A stretch of 64,000 nt of DNA, from assembly GCA_963707865.1 (NCBI GenBank), contig OY970175.1:16748-80747 (forward strand), read 5' to 3'. Numbering within the stretch: the stretch's first letter is position 1; every line of letters starts with the position of its first letter. Positions 59,566 to 64,000 of this stretch are shown piece by piece. This DNA is from an uncultured bacterium (GTDB lineage: Bacteria > Patescibacteriota > Minisyncoccia > UBA6257 > 2-01-FULL-56-20). The notes beneath the pieces were generated by a model. It saw nothing but the letters and a program-made list of their open reading frames with translations. It searched no databases and was not told the DNA's origin. The position numbers and the translations under genes are program-made.

Positions 59566-60957
59566 TCAGAAAACGTAATTCAGACCGAATCGGGGCGTGA
59601 GGACACCGCCGGAGATATTTGTGTTCAGGCCGAGCCGTAGATGTTTCCACGACCTGTGCCTGAGCCAAACCTCCGGTTCGCCTGCATCGGGACGATGGCC
59701 GCCACGTGCACGGTAATAACCGGCTCCGGACAGAAACATCCCGTGGCCGAGAGGCAACTCCTTGGTTCCCCAAACAATGAGTGTCTCTTGTGGAACGCGC
59801 ACGCCGGCGACTCGGGAAAACTGGCCGACGGTAAGGTTTTTGAATACCTTGCTCAGCAGCCCCCCGATTAGAGGAGCTTCGGTCAGCCGGACTTTTCCTC
59901 CCAATTGCATGAAGGGGTGTTTTGAGGTTCCCCCTTGTTCTGAGGTGAAGGAGAGGAATTGCAGGCGCTTCAAGGGTGCCGTGTAGTTAACTGCATTGTT
60001 CGTGAGAAACGGCACCTTCCCGATTTCCGCGAACCCGGAGCCAGAGATTTTTCCGTACGGCGTCTGGACCGCCTAAGTGTAATTTGGTTCCACCATATCG
60101 CCAGCGAAGCCATTAGGCGTGAACGGCAGAACTTCTACATTTAGGCTGCCAGTGGTCTTGGCTATCTGCGCAGAACTGTCTGTGTTGCGCCTTTTTCCGC
60201 CCGCGCCGGTTTGCGCTTTCGCGATCCCACCCATACTTCCGAAAGAAAGCACGGTTGTGATTACGAATGACGCGAACCGCAGTGCCGCTATCAGTTGTTT
60301 CCGCGGATCGATTTTGGACGGGTATAGGAATATCGAGATTGGCCATCCAATGGTCGCCAACGCCATGCGCCAGGTCTCAATCGGGATTTTCAGCCCTTTC
60401 CCTCGGAGCCGTAGCAGGAAGAAAACGAGCGCCAGCGGTAATGACTGAAAGTACGCTAAGCGGAGTATCGGCCACAGGCTTCCGTAATCCGGACCGTTGT
60501 GCTCTCCGGGTTTCGGATTACCCGCGCCGAAATACGCAAGGCTCGCCTTCTGCATCGCTTCCTCGGGGTAACGCTTGTCGTACTTCTGCTTGAGCTCCTC
60601 GAGGTGACTGCTTCGGAGAGCGCTTGTTCGAATTCTCAAGATCACTACCATTCTCGGGTCTTTCTCTCGCTCCCTGCGATCTTCGTACTTTTGGAGTAAA
60701 AGCTCCGCACGTCTCGCGCGTCCCTGGAGTTTGAAATATTCCTGGGGATCGTCACTCGCAGGTTTTTGGAACTCCCCCTTTAGCGAATCGAGCTCGCTCA
60801 TGATCTCCTCGGCTTTCAGAGATGGTATGTCCTTCAGGGTCAGCCATTCCGACACAGTGTCGAGCCGGCTGATTTCCAAAACCACCGGAAGGACGACCAG
60901 AGCGAACAGAACAACAACAGCGAAGTAGAACCACCCCCACTTAATCTCCAATCGCAT
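59566..60957 (-). pseudogene. Hypothetical membrane/secreted protein interrupted by one in-frame TAG (60073-60075)
   Basis: ORFs 60073-60957 and 59566-60015 share a frame and the linker is open apart from the TAG. Confidence 0.7.
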
Positions 60958-61099
60958 GCTATCCCCCTATCCTTCTTTTTTTGTGATTTAACAAGCCTAG
61001 TAAAGCAAGTTAAAGGCCGACCATATTTTAGTATATTTATTAATTAATGTCAATCAGTTCGTCGTAATATCTTCATTGGGCGGGTGTATACTGAACCTA

Positions 61100-61825
61100 A
61101 TGTCTCGCAAATCCGGGCGCAAAAAGAAGCTCGCTATTTTTGACATTGACGGGACGATCTTCCGGTCCAGCCTGCTCATTGAACTTGTGGACGCGCTGAT
61201 CCACGAGGGGATCTTCAAGCCGAGCGCGATGCGGATCTACGAGCGGGATAAACGCGCATGGCTTGACCGGAAGGGGGACTACGACGCCTATATTAAAAGT
61301 GTCGTGAGGGCGTTCCTCAAAAATATCAAAGGCGTGCCGTATGTCCGCTTCGCGCGCGTGGCAAAAAAGGTGGTCGCGCTCCACAAGAACCGCGTGTACC
61401 GTTATACGCGCGATCTCGTTCACGCTTTGCGGCGCAAGGGATATTGGCTCGTCGCAATTTCGCACTCGCCGCGCGGGATCGTGGGGCCGTTCGCCGCACA
61501 GATGGGATTTCATAAAGTGTACGGGTTGCTGTACGAGCTTAGCCCCACGGGGCGGTTCAACGGGAAGGTGATGTTTGAGGATCTTATTTTTGACAAGGCG
61601 AAGATCGTGGCACGCGTGCTTGCAAAAGAAGATGTCACGCTTCGCGGGTCCGTGGGCGTGGGGGATACGGAGGGCGACATTCCTTTTTTAAAGCTCGTCA
61701 CCCGGGCGATCTGCTTCAATCCGAACGGGAAGCTCTACCGCGCGGCGCGCCGCCGCGGCTGGGAGGTCATCGTGGAGCGGAAGGATGTGGTGTACCGGAT
61801 TCAACAATCTTATGGAAAAGCTTGA
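61100..61825 (+). CDS. HAD-IB family hydrolase
   Basis: FDIDGT, ISHS, GDTEGD, NP. Confidence 0.9.
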   Translation: MSRKSGRKKKLAIFDIDGTIFRSSLLIELVDALIHEGIFKPSAMRIYERDKRAWLDRKGDYDAYIKSVVRAFLKNIKGVPYVRFARVAKKVVALHKNRVYRYTRDLVHALRRKGYWLVAISHSPRGIVGPFAAQMGFHKVYGLLYELSPTGRFNGKVMFEDLIFDKAKIVARVLAKEDVTLRGSVGVGDTEGDIPFLKLVTRAICFNPNGKLYRAARRRGWEVIVERKDVVYRIQQSYGKA

Positions 61826-62972
61826 AGCAAAAGACCGCGTCTTCACGATCGGCGAATATATAGAGATCCTGAACACGTTCTTCAAGGCGCAGGCGGCGAG
61901 GATCACGGGGGAGGTCTCGGAACTGAAACGCGCGGCATCGGGCCACGTGTATTTCACGATCAAAGGCAAGGGTGACGGCGGCGTGAACGACGGCGGCGTT
62001 TTGGATTGCATCATCTGGAACCGCAACTACGACCTTTGCGGGGTCACGCTTGAAGTGGGCATGGAAGTGATCCTTTCGGGGCACCCGAACATTTACGCGC
62101 CGAACGGACGATTGTCGTTTATCGCGGACACGGTGGAGCTCGTGGGCGAAGGGGCGCTTAAAAAGGCATACGACGCGCTCCGCAAAAAATTGGAAGCCGA
62201 GGGGGTATTCGCGCCAGAGCGGAAACGGCCGCTTCCGGAATATCCGACGAAGATCGGCGTCGTCACGTCCATGAAGGGCGCCGTTATCCATGATTTTCTG
62301 AACAACCTCGGGAAGTTCGGGTTCAAGGTGCGCGCGGCGGATTCGCGCGTGGAGGGCCAGGCAGCGGTCGTGCCTCTTTTGAAAGCGCTTGCCGTTATGC
62401 GGAAGGAAGCGCTCGCGGGGCGGCTTGACGTGCTCGTCCTGATCCGCGGCGGCGGCTCGCTTGAATCGTTGCAGGCGTTCAATAATGAAAAGCTTGTGCG
62501 CGAGATCGTGGATTTCCCGGTGCCGGTCATCGCAGGGATCGGGCATGACAAAGACGTGCCCTTGGCCGCGCTTGCGGCGGACTTTATGGCATCCACCCCG
62601 ACCGCGACGGCGCATCTTTTGAGCGCGCCGTGGGAAGAGGCGTACGCGAAGGTGAGGGAAGTCGCGTATCTTTTTTCCCGGATAGAATCGCGGTTTGAAC
62701 GGATCCGCGCGGACATGGATACCGCCTGGAGCACTGTTTTGGACCGCACGGCGCAGGGGATTGAACACGTGAGGGAAACGCTCACGAACGCGGAGCGATT
62801 ACTGCGGCTCCACGATCCGCGCAGGCCCTTGCGACTCGGCTATGCGATCGTGCGGAAGGATGATGTGGGACGGACGGGGAAATTGGTGCGGAGCGTGCGG
62901 GACGTCACCGCCGGAGATGTTTTGAACACGGAACTTGCGGACGGGGTGGTGAGGTCAAGGGTGGAGGAGTGA
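61812..62972 (+). CDS. xseA: Exodeoxyribonuclease VII large subunit
   Basis: SGHVYF, RGGGSLESL..FN, GIGHDKD..D..ASTPT. Confidence 0.96.
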   Translation: MEKLEAKDRVFTIGEYIEILNTFFKAQAARITGEVSELKRAASGHVYFTIKGKGDGGVNDGGVLDCIIWNRNYDLCGVTLEVGMEVILSGHPNIYAPNGRLSFIADTVELVGEGALKKAYDALRKKLEAEGVFAPERKRPLPEYPTKIGVVTSMKGAVIHDFLNNLGKFGFKVRAADSRVEGQAAVVPLLKALAVMRKEALAGRLDVLVLIRGGGSLESLQAFNNEKLVREIVDFPVPVIAGIGHDKDVPLAALAADFMASTPTATAHLLSAPWEEAYAKVREVAYLFSRIESRFERIRADMDTAWSTVLDRTAQGIEHVRETLTNAERLLRLHDPRRPLRLGYAIVRKDDVGRTGKLVRSVRDVTAGDVLNTELADGVVRSRVEE

Positions 62973-63237
62973 TGATTTTTTAGACGTTTACTTAAATAAA
63001 AACGGACCCCTTGCGGGGTCCTCGGGTGCCTAATGGCAATAGTACTGTCATTATAGTTGAGGACTTTGAATATCGTTTGAGCATGGAAAAAGTTCATTAA
63101 AATCAGAAATCCGCCCGTGAGGGCGGATTTCGATCAAAAACGAGTAAGCCAAATGCTTACTTGGTTATTGTAGCAAAACAGTTGGCTTCGTCAGGTGTTT
63201 TTTAATGATTTTTTAATCTCTGTCATGCTATAATAAT

Positions 63238-63316
63238 CGTGTGCTTGGGGGACTAACGTCCCGTTCGGCAAAGCTGAGCCCAAGCACGCTAAAGACACCG
63301 CGCGAGCGGCGTTTTT
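63238..63316 (+). ncRNA. Candidate small structured RNA (three-way junction) with terminator
   Basis: TGCTATAAT at 63226; GTGCTTGGG/CCCAAGCAC encloses two hairpins; terminator with T run. Confidence 0.55.
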
Positions 63317-63746
63317 AGTTCTGAGGTTTTGATCCGAATAATTTTTCATCGCGCTTGGGGCTGGTTTGGAAGTCAGGGATAATGCTCCAAAAATGTGTCA
63401 TGCCATTTTCGCCCATCTTTCTTATTACGACCTTGATCTTTTCGCCGCGTAAAATCGCGATAATCCCCCAGTAGCGAACCATTTTATTCTTCCTGCGGTG
63501 CATTTCCACCGTCATTTCAAATTCCTGGTGGGTGGTAGAAAGTCCAATGAGCTCAACTGCCAAGGGAAGCAGGGAAAAGCGTCTGATCTGCTGGTTTCTT
63601 GCGCGCCCCTTGCGGCCTCGTTTGAAAAGGATATGCCGGAAACCGTGATTGGAAAAATATATCAGTTCCCGTAGGGCCGGAGAAAAAACAGCACCGATCG
63701 TTTGGTAATATTTCCCGGCTTCGGCACGAACGAGCCCGTAGTCCAT
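63315..63746 (-). CDS. Hypothetical basic protein, putative BECR/RelE-like RNase toxin
   Basis: IYFSNHGFRHI, RRFSLL, YW, IKVVIRK..HFWSIIP. Confidence 0.6.
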   Translation of the reverse strand: MDYGLVRAEAGKYYQTIGAVFSPALRELIYFSNHGFRHILFKRGRKGRARNQQIRRFSLLPLAVELIGLSTTHQEFEMTVEMHRRKNKMVRYWGIIAILRGEKIKVVIRKMGENGMTHFWSIIPDFQTSPKRDEKLFGSKPQN

Positions 63747-63840
63747 GAACCCATTGTGCTCCGCAAGCCATTAAATCATTCTAAAATTGGGATTGGCCCT
63801 CACGTGCCGAATTTTTTCCGAACGCGGTATAATAAAACCA

Positions 63841-64000
63841 ATGGCTGCGAAACCCGCGAAAGAAGATTTCAAACATCAGTTGGAGGAGATCGGAAAGATC
63901 CTTGCGTGGTTTGACGCGCAGGAGGAACTGGATGTGGAAGCGGCGCTCGGGAAGATAAAGAAAGCGGCGGAGCTTATCAAGGCGAGCCGGAAGAGGTTGG
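63841..64000 (+). CDS. xseB: Exodeoxyribonuclease VII small subunit (partial)
   Basis: FKHQLEEIGKILAWFD.EELDVEAALGK..AAELIKASRKRL. Confidence 0.88.
   Translation, partial: MAAKPAKEDFKHQLEEIGKILAWFDAQEELDVEAALGKIKKAAELIKASRKRL

Noticed and set aside
59566-60957. Genome-wide stop-codon reassignment
   Set aside because: TAG and TGA terminate many conserved genes here (rpmJ, rpsK, gatB, serS)
1-64000. CRISPR array or cas genes
   Set aside because: No regularly spaced 23-50-bp direct repeats and no Cas motifs seen

Overview
Core chromosomal region of a Patescibacteria (CPR, Parcubacteria-like) bacterium using genetic code 11. Housekeeping content includes the rplK 3' end, tmk, gatB, miaA, thrS, serS, murI, alr, an ftsQ-like gene, lepA, pcm, a Zn/Mn ABC pair, a histidine kinase, dnaG, rpoD, alaS, the infA-rpmJ-rpsMKD-rpoA-rplQ-rplM-rpsI cluster, class II RNR, rpmB, valS, metK and xseAB. 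RNA features are tRNA-Gly(CCC), tRNA-Pro(GGG), a SAM-I riboswitch and a candidate minimal 6S RNA. One IS481-family element splits a large DUF11/peptidoglycan-binding surface protein gene. No CRISPR, prophage or DGR was seen. The most unusual signals lie between genes. (1) An insert between xseA and xseB carries a putative RNase-toxin ORF and up to three promoter-short RNA-terminator units, a candidate RNA-antitoxin system. (2) Two ~170-bp rod-like palindromes share an architecture. (3) TA-flanked MITE-like hairpins sit at promoters. (4) The lepA 5' end is duplicated with only synonymous changes. (5) An amber-interrupted ORFan ends in an outer-membrane-beta-barrel-like domain. (6) Leaderless gene starts are pervasive and RpoA lacks its alpha-CTD. 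All calls come from reading the sequence by eye; no searches or folding programs were run.
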